From contig JAWLGW010000001.1 in NCBI GenBank assembly GCA_041690735.1, positions 1 to 26,958 of the forward strand: a stretch of DNA of 26,958 bases. The letters run 5' to 3'. Below the pieces are notes generated by a model that did no database searches, was not told where the DNA came from, and saw only the letters and a list, made by a program, of their open reading frames with translations. Source of the stretch: Planctomycetota bacterium. Lineage in GTDB: Bacteria > Planctomycetota > J058. Shown piece after piece: positions 14,951 through 24,601 of the stretch. Each line of letters begins with the position of its first letter. The stretch's first letter is position 1. A program made the position numbers and the translations under genes.

Positions 14951-16288
14951 ATGAGGCGAGCCGCGCCACTGGCGCTGCTGCTCACGACCGCAGGGGTCGT
15001 GCAGGGACAAGACGACGGGGTGGCGCCGGTCACCACCGCGCAGGACGCCACCGCGCAGGACGCGGCGGAGACCGCCCCCGCGATCGCGGACCCGGCGGTC
15101 GCCCCCGACGCGGCGCCGCCCTGGTACGAGCGGATCGAGGTCAAGCCGTTCAGCGTCGAGACCAAGGACGGCAAGTGGCGGCTCAGCCTGCGCGGGCGCA
15201 CCCAGGTGGACGGGCGGTTCGTCCCCAGCGACGGCGAGGAGGTCGACGACGGCTTCACGGTCCGGCGGGCGCGGGTCGAGCTGCGCGGCACGCTGTACGA
15301 GCGGGCGACGTTCGAGCTCGGCCTGGAGTTCGGCGGCACCAGCGACGCCGACCTGCGGAACGCCTACATCAGCCTGGAGCTGCACCGGTCGCTGACCCTG
15401 CGCGCCGGGCAGATGCTGCTGCCCTTCAGCGACGAGCGGATGACGTCGTCGAACTACCTGAATCACCCGGAGCGCTCGATGCTCGTGGCGCACATGGTGG
15501 GCCAGCGGGACATCGGACTGCTCGTCCACGGGCCGCTGTTCGGCAGGGCGCTGTATTACAGCATCGGGCTGTTCAACGGCGCCGGACAGAACGTGAAGGT
15601 CGACGTCGACGACGACCTCGACCTCGCAGCGCGCCTCGAGCTCCGCCCCTTCGAGGACGACGACCTGCGCCTCACCGCCAGCTGGATCTACAGCCCCTCG
15701 GACCCCGACCACCCCGGACCCAAGGACGTGCGCACCGTCGGCAACGAGCTCACCCGCTTCCTCGACTACGACGCGGGCAACGTCCAGCGCGGCCCCCGCC
15801 ACCGGGTGAGCCTCGGGGCCACGTGGGGGAGCGGGCCCCTCCAGCTGGGCGGCGAGGTCAACCTCGACCACTACGCCGACGTCGTCGCGAGCGGCGGCGA
15901 GCGCGACGACCTCGCCCACTGGGGGTTCCAGGTCGAGGCGAGCCACGTCTTCCTGGGCACGGTCGACCGCCGCCACTCGGGGCAACGGGTCGAGCCGGAC
16001 GTGCCCCTGTGGGACCCCGAGCACGAGTCCTGGGGCCCGGGCGCCTTCCAGCTCGCCCTGCGCTACGAGGAGTTCCACGCCGACGAGGACGCGCTCTCGG
16101 GCGGCTTCGCCGAGGGGAGCGACGTCGCCCGAGCCGTGACGGGGACGCTCCACTGGTTCTGGTGGAAGGAGGTGCGCCTCACCGCCTCCTACACCTACAC
16201 CCACTTCGAGGAGGCGGTGCTCGACGCCGACGGCGACCGGCACCGCGACGAGCACGCGGTCATCACGCGCCTGGCCTTCTTCTTCTGA
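14951..16288 (+). CDS. OprO/OprP-family (phosphate-selective) outer-membrane porin
   Basis: Signal peptide; DGFTVRRARVELRG, DLRNAYI, LRAGQ...PFSDE..TSSN...PERS, RDIG; terminal Phe (RLAFFF). Confidence 0.85.
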   Translation: MRRAAPLALLLTTAGVVQGQDDGVAPVTTAQDATAQDAAETAPAIADPAVAPDAAPPWYERIEVKPFSVETKDGKWRLSLRGRTQVDGRFVPSDGEEVDDGFTVRRARVELRGTLYERATFELGLEFGGTSDADLRNAYISLELHRSLTLRAGQMLLPFSDERMTSSNYLNHPERSMLVAHMVGQRDIGLLVHGPLFGRALYYSIGLFNGAGQNVKVDVDDDLDLAARLELRPFEDDDLRLTASWIYSPSDPDHPGPKDVRTVGNELTRFLDYDAGNVQRGPRHRVSLGATWGSGPLQLGGEVNLDHYADVVASGGERDDLAHWGFQVEASHVFLGTVDRRHSGQRVEPDVPLWDPEHESWGPGAFQLALRYEEFHADEDALSGGFAEGSDVARAVTGTLHWFWWKEVRLTASYTYTHFEEAVLDADGDRHRDEHAVITRLAFFF

Positions 16289-16468
16289 AGTTCGGCGGGC
16301 GGCTCCTCCCAGCGACGTGGGCCACCGATGGTTGGTGGCGTGGGTCCAGGTCTGCAGGGTCTGCAGGCGCGGCCGCGGCTCACGGGCGGCTGGGTGGGGC
16401 GCGGCTCGGCGGTCGGACTCCCCCTCGCCGACCGTACTTGGCCGCGGGCGAGGGTGTCTCGACCGTTC

Positions 16469-18496
16469 CTACCCTTCGCCCTCCGCCTGCGTCGTCTTCT
16501 CCGCCGCCAGCAGCTCCTCCAGCGCCGGGAGCGCAGTCTGGTCGGGGTCCTTCAGGTCGAACCGTCGTCCGCCCTCGCTGGGGCCCACCTCGATCCGATC
16601 CCAGCCGGCGCGCACCCGCTTGGCGCGCTCGCCCAGCCGGCCCAGCCGAGCGATCGCCAGGCCGCGCAGGCGGGCGCGGGTGGTCTGGGGCGGCTCGCTG
16701 CGGGCGCGCTGCACCCCGGCCGGGTCGAGGAGCCGGGCCACTCGCCCCTCCTGCTCCAGCCAGTCGTAGTAGCCCCCCTCCGCCGACAGCTCGTGGTACT
16801 TGAGGTCGACGACCTTGAGCCGCAGCCAGGCGGCGCGCACCGCGGGCAGCTCCGCCCAGTCGAGCTCCGCCTGCGCGGCCGCGCGCCGGGCGCGGCCGAA
16901 GCGCGCCCGCCCCAGCGCCGTGCGCAGGCGGGCGGCGACCGCCTCGGCGGGGGCGCCCGGCGGAGGCAGGGGCGCCTCCGGGGCGTGGCGTTCGAGGAGC
17001 GCGTTGATCGGCCCCCAGGCCCGCAGGGCGCTCCAGGCCTGCTCGGGCGTGCGCGCGGGCAGGGCGTCTTGCAGGGTGGCCCGCAGCAGGTCGAGCTTGA
17101 TCGCCCAGTCGAGCTCCCGAGCGAGGGAGGCGGGCTCCTCCTGCACCCGGCGCAGGGCGTCGTCCCAGCGGCGCAGGGCGTCCACCAGCTCGGCGGGCCA
17201 GTCGCCGTCGGCGCGGGCCCGGGCCCAGGTGGCCTCGAGGTAGCGCCGCTGCACCCCCGCCGCCGTGAGGGTCTCGCCGGTGGCGCGGTCGATGGCGACC
17301 GTCGCCTGCAGCGACAGGTCGGCGCAGGTGCGGCGGAAGGCGGCCAGGGGACCGTCCACCAGCTCGATCCGCGCGACCAGGCCGTCGAGGGCGCCGGCCT
17401 CGAGGGCCTCGAGCACCGCGGCGGTGGCGCCCAGCTTGAGGAGCGCCGAGGCCTCGGCCCGGTTGGCGTCGCCGCACAGCAGCTGCAGCCGCTTGCGCGG
17501 CGCCCGGTAGGCGAACAGGCGCTGGAAGAAGAACTCCTTGAGGTCGACCAGCGGCCGGGTGGGGCCGTACACGAAGGCCGCCGCCACCCGATCGGTGATC
17601 CGCCCCCGGGCCGACAGCTCGAACCGCCCCTCGGCGGTGAGGTGGCCCGCGCCGCACAGGAGCGGGCGCGTCACCAGGAACGGGACCAGCGCCGGCAGGT
17701 GCCCGGTGAACAGCACCTCGCGGGCGGTCAGGCTGAACCCCCAGGCGAGGGCCCGGAACAGCACCAGGAACAGGCGGGCCACGGCCCCCTGGCCCGGGAG
17801 CGGCCCCGGCTGACCGAGGTACTGGCCCGCGCCCACCAGGGCGCGCTGCGCGAGGCGCGCCAGGGCGCCCAGCAGCGGGAGCGGTGAGAGCACCTCGAGC
17901 AGGCCGTACGCCAGGGCCGCGACCCGCACCACCCCCACCACCGGCGCCGAGATCACCAGCAGGACCGCCAGGCCCAGGGCCAGGACCAGCGGGTGGAGGA
18001 GGTAGGCGAACAGGGCCCGGCGCAGGCCGCCGGGCCGCTCCTGCACCGAGTACGACTCGTGGCAGCCGTAGGCGTTCCCCGCCCGGTCCACGTTGTTCTT
18101 GAGCAGGAACACCTGCCCCGGGCGTCCCTCGCCCGCGAAGGCCGCGCTGGCGTCGGCCGCGGCCTCGCGCAGCAGCTCCTCCTGGGCGCGCCCCACGCAG
18201 GCCAGCTCGACGGCGCCGCGGCACTCGGGCGTGGCCCACTCCAGCAGCCCCACCTCGAGGTCGGCGAGCTGCGACAGCTCGAAGTGGATCAGCGAGCCGT
18301 CGCCGAGGAAGTCGCCTTCCTTGTAGTACAGGGCCTCGCAGGAGGGGAGCCGGCGGCGGAGGGCCTCCACCACGGCCTCGAACAGCTCCTTCTGGGTGGG
18401 CGAGGCGCCGCCCGGCTCGCGCGGCGTGAAGCCGAGGGCGTACTCGGTCTCGACGCCCTGAATGCGGAGGAGGCGGGCTGGCGCGGGCGAGGTCGT
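16469..18496 (-). CDS. PafA/Dop (Pup-ligase/deamidase) family protein, PafA-like, with a hydrophobic membrane insertion; probable non-canonical start
   Basis: RIQGVETEY, EWATPEC, LKNNVDRAGNAYGCHESY, LVPFLVTRPLLCGAG, RLQLLCGDAN..E....LKLGAT..VL, LDWAIK, VDLKYHEL, PPQTTRARLRG, KDP. The frame is open to a TGA at 18536-18538, but the first canonical start (GTG 18376/18373) lies after the GVETEY motif; ACG at 18496 is proposed. Confidence 0.88.
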   Translation of the reverse strand, partial: TTSPAPARLLRIQGVETEYALGFTPREPGGASPTQKELFEAVVEALRRRLPSCEALYYKEGDFLGDGSLIHFELSQLADLEVGLLEWATPECRGAVELACVGRAQEELLREAAADASAAFAGEGRPGQVFLLKNNVDRAGNAYGCHESYSVQERPGGLRRALFAYLLHPLVLALGLAVLLVISAPVVGVVRVAALAYGLLEVLSPLPLLGALARLAQRALVGAGQYLGQPGPLPGQGAVARLFLVLFRALAWGFSLTAREVLFTGHLPALVPFLVTRPLLCGAGHLTAEGRFELSARGRITDRVAAAFVYGPTRPLVDLKEFFFQRLFAYRAPRKRLQLLCGDANRAEASALLKLGATAAVLEALEAGALDGLVARIELVDGPLAAFRRTCADLSLQATVAIDRATGETLTAAGVQRRYLEATWARARADGDWPAELVDALRRWDDALRRVQEEPASLARELDWAIKLDLLRATLQDALPARTPEQAWSALRAWGPINALLERHAPEAPLPPPGAPAEAVAARLRTALGRARFGRARRAAAQAELDWAELPAVRAAWLRLKVVDLKYHELSAEGGYYDWLEQEGRVARLLDPAGVQRARSEPPQTTRARLRGLAIARLGRLGERAKRVRAGWDRIEVGPSEGGRRFDLKDPDQTALPALEELLAAEKTTQAEGEG

Positions 18497-18512
18497 CGGC
18501 GGGCGCGCCCCT

Positions 18513-18917
18513 CTACTCGCCGCCGCCGGGGGTGGTCAGGCTCAGCACGCCCTGGGCGCCGGGCAGGCGGGTCGAGGCGACCGCGCGGGCCACGGCGGGA
18601 TCGGCGGGCGCCAGCGCGGGGGCCGCCTCGGCCCCGGGGGCGACCGGAGCCGGCGCGGCCGGGGCGCCGATCCCCGGCTGGGGCGCACTCCGCAGGGCGG
18701 CCGCGACCGCCAGCGCGAGCAGCGCGGCGGCGCCCGTCGCCGCCACCAGGGGCTCGCTGGTAGCGCCCTCCAGCAGGGCGCTCGAGACGCGGGACAGGGA
18801 GTGCTGCAGGACCTCGAAGCCGTAGTTCATGGCCGCCTCGTTGCCGACGCCGCGGAGGACCTCGGAGGAGTCGTCGGTGGACGGTCTTAACGTGGCAGCG
18901 TCCTCCGTCTCCTGCAA
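18513..18917 (-). CDS. Small Ala/Pro-rich protein with one hydrophobic segment and C-terminal GGGE; candidate Pup-like modifier
   Basis: Strong GC3 bias; start TTG 18917 (SD GGAGG) or ATG 18830 (SD GAGG); ends ...LSLTTPGGGE-stop, 16 nt before the proposed PafA-like start. Modifier role is inference. Confidence 0.65.
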   Translation of the reverse strand: MQETEDAATLRPSTDDSSEVLRGVGNEAAMNYGFEVLQHSLSRVSSALLEGATSEPLVAATGAAALLALAVAAALRSAPQPGIGAPAAPAPVAPGAEAAPALAPADPAVARAVASTRLPGAQGVLSLTTPGGGE

Positions 18918-18980
18918 CCCTCCTCCGGGCCCGCGGTCGCGAGGGGGCGAGGCGGCCTCGTCGGGGGCGGCTGCAATTCC

Positions 18981-18986
18981 TATACT
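18981..18986 (+). promoter_or_regulatory. Putative -10 hexamer TATACT for the sigma54 activator gene
   Basis: Divergent intergenic region, 32 nt upstream of GTG 19019. Confidence 0.45.
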
Positions 18987-19018
18987 CCCAACGGGCTAAC
19001 ACCAAGCCGAGGCTGCCA

Positions 19019-21331
<2,313 letters not shown>

Positions 21332-21334
21332 CGC

Positions 21335-22582
21335 TCACCTCGCCCGGGGCCCCACCGTCAGCGCCGGATCACCGTACAGGATCCCGCTGAGGGCCTCGCG
21401 CTGGACCTCGGCCCGCTCCTCCGGGGTGGACACGTTGGCCATGCCGAGGGTGTGGTAGGTGTCGATCGTCTCCCACAGGACCACGCCCAGGGGCTGCCCC
21501 TCGGCGAGGCGCTGCGCCACGTCCATGACCGCGCCGAAGCCGGCGCCGCCCCCCGAGGTGGGGTCGATCACGGTGGTCGCGCCCACGAACCCCGCCGCGC
21601 CGCTGGCGAGGGCGTCCTCCCCCAGGCGCAGCCCGTCGCCGGGGTCGCCCGCGTCGCAGGAGGCGGCCACCAGCACCGGCGGCCGGTCGCGGGGGAGCTG
21701 CGCCATTTGGGTGGCGAAGAACACCGCCATGCTCCCGCTCGGCTCGGCCGAGGTGAGGGCGGTGGGGCTGCCGTGGGCGACGAAGAACACGGCGCCCCGC
21801 GGCTGCTGCTGCAGCTCGGTGACCACCGTGTCGGAGGTCAAGGGCACGTCGCCCTGCAGGTCGGAGCTGGGGGAGTAGGCGCGGGTGACCTGCCAGCCCT
21901 GGGGGTCGAAGTAGATGGTGCGCAGGGTCTCGGCCCCCTGGGCGCCGTCGCCCGTCTTCACGATGTTCCCGGCGACCAGCAGCAGCTCGTCCCGCCAGGG
22001 CTCGCCCTGGGGGCGGGCGGCCTCGATCGCGCTCACGGCGGCGCGCACGTCGGCGGGGGCGCCGTAGGGGATCCGCCCCACCCGCAGCTCGGCCGTAAAG
22101 TCGGGGGCGTCGTCGTCCAGCTCGCCGTACAGCCCGTCGCCGTCGCGGTCCCATTCGCCGGTCAGGTCGGCGTAGTACAGGTCGCTGACGGCCGTGTGGC
22201 CCGGCGCGACGGTGCAGGTGCGGTAGGGGATCGCCTCGGGGGACCCGATCAGGAGCAGGTCGCGCGGGCCGCCGGCGCGGTAGTGCTCCACCAGCCAGGT
22301 CCGCAGCTCCTCGGCGCGGTCGCGCCCGGGGGCGTTCACCTGGTCCAGGGGCACGATCGTGACCTGCCGGCCCATGGCCTCGTGGGCGGCCACCAGGGGG
22401 CCGACCTCCCCCTCCAGTCCGGGCTCGAGCAAGATCACCGTCTCGGTGGAGGCTGGGACCTGGCTGGCGCTGGCGGGTCCGCCGCTGTCGCCGGAGGACG
22501 AGCCGCCGCCGTCGGCGCAGCCGGCGGCGCTGAGGGCGAAGGCGAGCGAGGCGATCGAGGCGGCGTAGGCGCTGCGGTGCAC
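21335..22582 (-). CDS. Peptidase C25 (gingipain/clan CD) family lipoprotein
   Basis: Lipobox LSAAG-C; LLLIGS...IP, SDLYYADL, ELRVGRIP, catalytic-type His (VAHG) and Cys (AASCDAG), GFVGAT, ILYGDPAL; SD AAGGAGG. Confidence 0.85.
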   Translation of the reverse strand: MHRSAYAASIASLAFALSAAGCADGGGSSSGDSGGPASASQVPASTETVILLEPGLEGEVGPLVAAHEAMGRQVTIVPLDQVNAPGRDRAEELRTWLVEHYRAGGPRDLLLIGSPEAIPYRTCTVAPGHTAVSDLYYADLTGEWDRDGDGLYGELDDDAPDFTAELRVGRIPYGAPADVRAAVSAIEAARPQGEPWRDELLLVAGNIVKTGDGAQGAETLRTIYFDPQGWQVTRAYSPSSDLQGDVPLTSDTVVTELQQQPRGAVFFVAHGSPTALTSAEPSGSMAVFFATQMAQLPRDRPPVLVAASCDAGDPGDGLRLGEDALASGAAGFVGATTVIDPTSGGGAGFGAVMDVAQRLAEGQPLGVVLWETIDTYHTLGMANVSTPEERAEVQREALSGILYGDPALTVGPRAR

Positions 22583-22611
22583 GGGGGTCCCTCCTTGGGG
22601 CGGACGGGCGG

Positions 22612-22627
22612 TGCAAGCCCGGTGCCC
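22612..22627 (-). promoter_or_regulatory. Sigma54 (-24/-12) promoter of the C25 gene
   Basis: Minus strand GGGCACCGGGCTTGCA versus consensus TGGCAC-N5-TTGCA, with exact GG-N10-GC spacing; predicted TSS near 22601, just upstream of the SD and GTG 22582. Confidence 0.8.
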
Positions 22628-22711
22628 CGACGGAAGGCGCGCGGCTGCGGCGCAGGGCCGGCGTCGCGCGGGGAAGTTCCCGCACCCGCCGCGACCGATC
22701 GCGCTGGGCGC

Positions 22712-23470
22712 TCAGGCCCGGCCGCGCCGCCCTCGCGCCTTGCGCTCCTGGCAGCCGGCGATCGAGCAGCCGGCGCCCTCCTCGAAGCAGCTCGGGTGGT
22801 GGGGCGCGTCGCAGGCCGCGCAGTGAACGACGGGCGCGGCGTCGCTGAGGGCGTCGTGGCAGAAGGGGCACCGCAGGCCGGCGGGGGAGCGAGGGGCGGC
22901 GGCGAGGGGCGGCGCCGCCGCGGTCGGCGCGCCCTCGCGGGCCCGGACCCGCACCGGCACCGCGGGCGCCCAGGCGAGCTCCACCAGCGCCACCGCCAGG
23001 GCGCGGAGGCGCGCGACGTCGAGCCCCACCAGCCCGCGCGCCACGAGCTGGCCGTGGCGCACCTCGAGGCGCTCGAGGTCGAACCGGCGGGTCAGCTCCT
23101 GCGCGTGGGCCTGCCACCCCTCCGAGCTCGGCGAGAAGCGTAGGCCGCCGCCGAAGAGGCGCCCCAGCAGCCCCCGCGACAGGAGCAGGTGGAGGTCGCC
23201 CGAGGCTCGGCAGCGCACCTCGACCCGGCCGCGGCCGAGCCAGATCAGCTCCACGTCGCGCCCCTCGTGGTGGCCTAGCACCCGCGGCTTGCGGAACCAG
23301 GGCTTGCGGAAGGTGCCCTCCAGGGCGTGGGCGACCCGGAGCAGCGTCCCGCTGACCTCCTCGCGGCGGGAGCGGCGACGGCGGTCGTCGGTATCCGTGG
23401 CCGCGTTGGCGGCGCCCAGGGCGAGCACCTCGCCCAGGAAGCCCAGCAGCTCGCCGATCAAGAGGAGCAT
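22712..23470 (-). CDS. Prokaryotic RING-finger (Prok-RING_1-like) protein, paralog 1
   Basis: C-terminal C-x2-C-x12-C-x2-C-x3-HH-x2-C-x6-C-x4-C (22751-22870); hydrophobic N-terminus. Confidence 0.75.
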   Translation of the reverse strand: MLLLIGELLGFLGEVLALGAANAATDTDDRRRRSRREEVSGTLLRVAHALEGTFRKPWFRKPRVLGHHEGRDVELIWLGRGRVEVRCRASGDLHLLLSRGLLGRLFGGGLRFSPSSEGWQAHAQELTRRFDLERLEVRHGQLVARGLVGLDVARLRALAVALVELAWAPAVPVRVRAREGAPTAAAPPLAAAPRSPAGLRCPFCHDALSDAAPVVHCAACDAPHHPSCFEEGAGCSIAGCQERKARGRRGRA

Positions 23471-23476
23471 GCAGGG

Positions 23477-23482
23477 ATCTTA
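23477..23482 (-). promoter_or_regulatory. -10 hexamer TAAGAT 6 nt before the start codon (leaderless-type promoter)
   Basis: TAAGAT-ccctgc-ATG; no SD. Confidence 0.55.
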
Positions 23483-23623
23483 ATGCGGGGGAAGGGGCGC
23501 GGCGGTGTTTCGGGACTCGGGGAGCGCCGACCGCACCCGCGCTGCAGCGCAGGCCCGGGCGCGGCAGGAGTTGCGTGAGCGGTGAGGCTTGGCCTGGGGG
23601 CTGCTCGCCCGCCCATCCGTACG

Positions 23624-23647
23624 CCCCACCCAAGAAGCCGGGTGGGG
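23624..23647. terminator. Hairpin between the RING paralogs
   Basis: ccccaccc-aagaagcc-gggtgggg, 8-bp stem, 60 nt past the paralog 2 stop; no U-tract. Confidence 0.4.
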
Positions 23648-23707
23648 GTGGGTCGTGGCCTGAGCCGGCCACCCAGCCATGTCGCGACCTGCCTCCGTCC
23701 CCTCCCC

Positions 23708-24385
23708 TCACCGCCCCCGGCCGGCGCGGCACCCGGCGATCGCGCAGCCGGCGACCCGCAGGCAGTCCGTGTGGTGGTCGGCGCCGCACGTCGCGCAGGC
23801 GACGCCCGCGCTCGGCGGCAGGTCGTCATGGCAGTACGGGCAGCGGACGTCCGAGGGCCGCGGCGCCGCCGTGAGCGGGCCGAGTCCGGGGCCGGGCGCC
23901 ACCCTGAGCGCGCCGACGCCGGAGAGCGGCGTCCAGGCCAACTGCACGGCCGCCGACACCAGGTCCAGCCACCGCTCGGGATCCGCGCCGATTCGGCCCC
24001 ATAGGGTCAATCGGCCGCCCCACAGGAGCAGGCGCTGCACCCCGAAGCGACCCACCAGCGCAGCGCCCTCGTCACACAGCTCCTCGGGTCCCATGAAGCT
24101 CAGCTGCCGACCCAGCAGTCGGCGGCGGATCCTCAGCCGAAGACCGGGGCGCGCCTCGCTGCGGAGCGCGAACCGAGGCGCTCCGAGGCTGCGGACTTGC
24201 ACCCGTGAGCCCTTGTACGTGCAGCGGAGACAGGAGTGGTCGGCGGTGCCCTCGAGTCGCACGGCCAGGGTCTGGAGGAGCTCGGCGACCCGATCCTTGA
24301 CTTCGGGGCGGGGGCCATCGGGATGCGTGCGGAAGATCCACGAGAGCTCGTACAGCGTCGCCAACAGCCAATCGCTTGGGTCCAC
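23708..24385 (-). CDS. Prokaryotic RING-finger (Prok-RING_1-like) protein, paralog 2
   Basis: C-terminal C-x2-C-x11-C-x2-C-x3-HH-x2-C-x5-C-x4-C (23729-23842); shares LLGR and V(E/Q)LAW.P segments with paralog 1. Confidence 0.72.
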   Translation of the reverse strand: MDPSDWLLATLYELSWIFRTHPDGPRPEVKDRVAELLQTLAVRLEGTADHSCLRCTYKGSRVQVRSLGAPRFALRSEARPGLRLRIRRRLLGRQLSFMGPEELCDEGAALVGRFGVQRLLLWGGRLTLWGRIGADPERWLDLVSAAVQLAWTPLSGVGALRVAPGPGLGPLTAAPRPSDVRCPYCHDDLPPSAGVACATCGADHHTDCLRVAGCAIAGCRAGRGR

Positions 24386-24391
24386 GCCCGG

Positions 24392-24397
24392 ATGCTA
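24392..24397 (-). promoter_or_regulatory. -10 hexamer TAGCAT 6 nt before the start codon (leaderless-type promoter)
   Basis: TAGCAT-ccgggc-GTG; no SD; same geometry as paralog 1. Confidence 0.55.
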
Positions 24398-24601
24398 TCC
24401 GCTCGCTCTTTCCGACTGGTGCCGCCCGACGCGGAAACGTCGACCGACGCGCTGGGCTCACACCCCGCGGCGCCATCGGCGCCACCCGCGGGTGCTGGCG
24501 CAGCCGCGCGGGCCGAGCTTGACCTACCTCACGCCGGCCTCCCGTCCTCCCCAGCCGCGGGCCCTCCGGGTTAACCTCTGGCCCACACAAGGAGCCCTGC
24601 C

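Noticed and set aside
14417-16255. 612-aa minus-strand ORF
   Set aside because: Antisense shadow of the porin gene.
16328-18239. Alternative-frame ORFs 16328..17887 (+) and 16380..18239 (-)
   Set aside because: Shadows of the PafA-like gene, which holds all the conserved motifs.
18918-19018. Sigma54 promoter for the GGGE/PafA-like operon, expected because the activator is divergent
   Set aside because: TTGC elements are present but GG-to-GC spacing is 9 or 12 nt, not 10.
21369-23789. 806-aa minus-strand ORF spanning C25 and RING genes
   Set aside because: Arg/Pro/Gly-rich off-frame shadow that crosses real intergenic regions.
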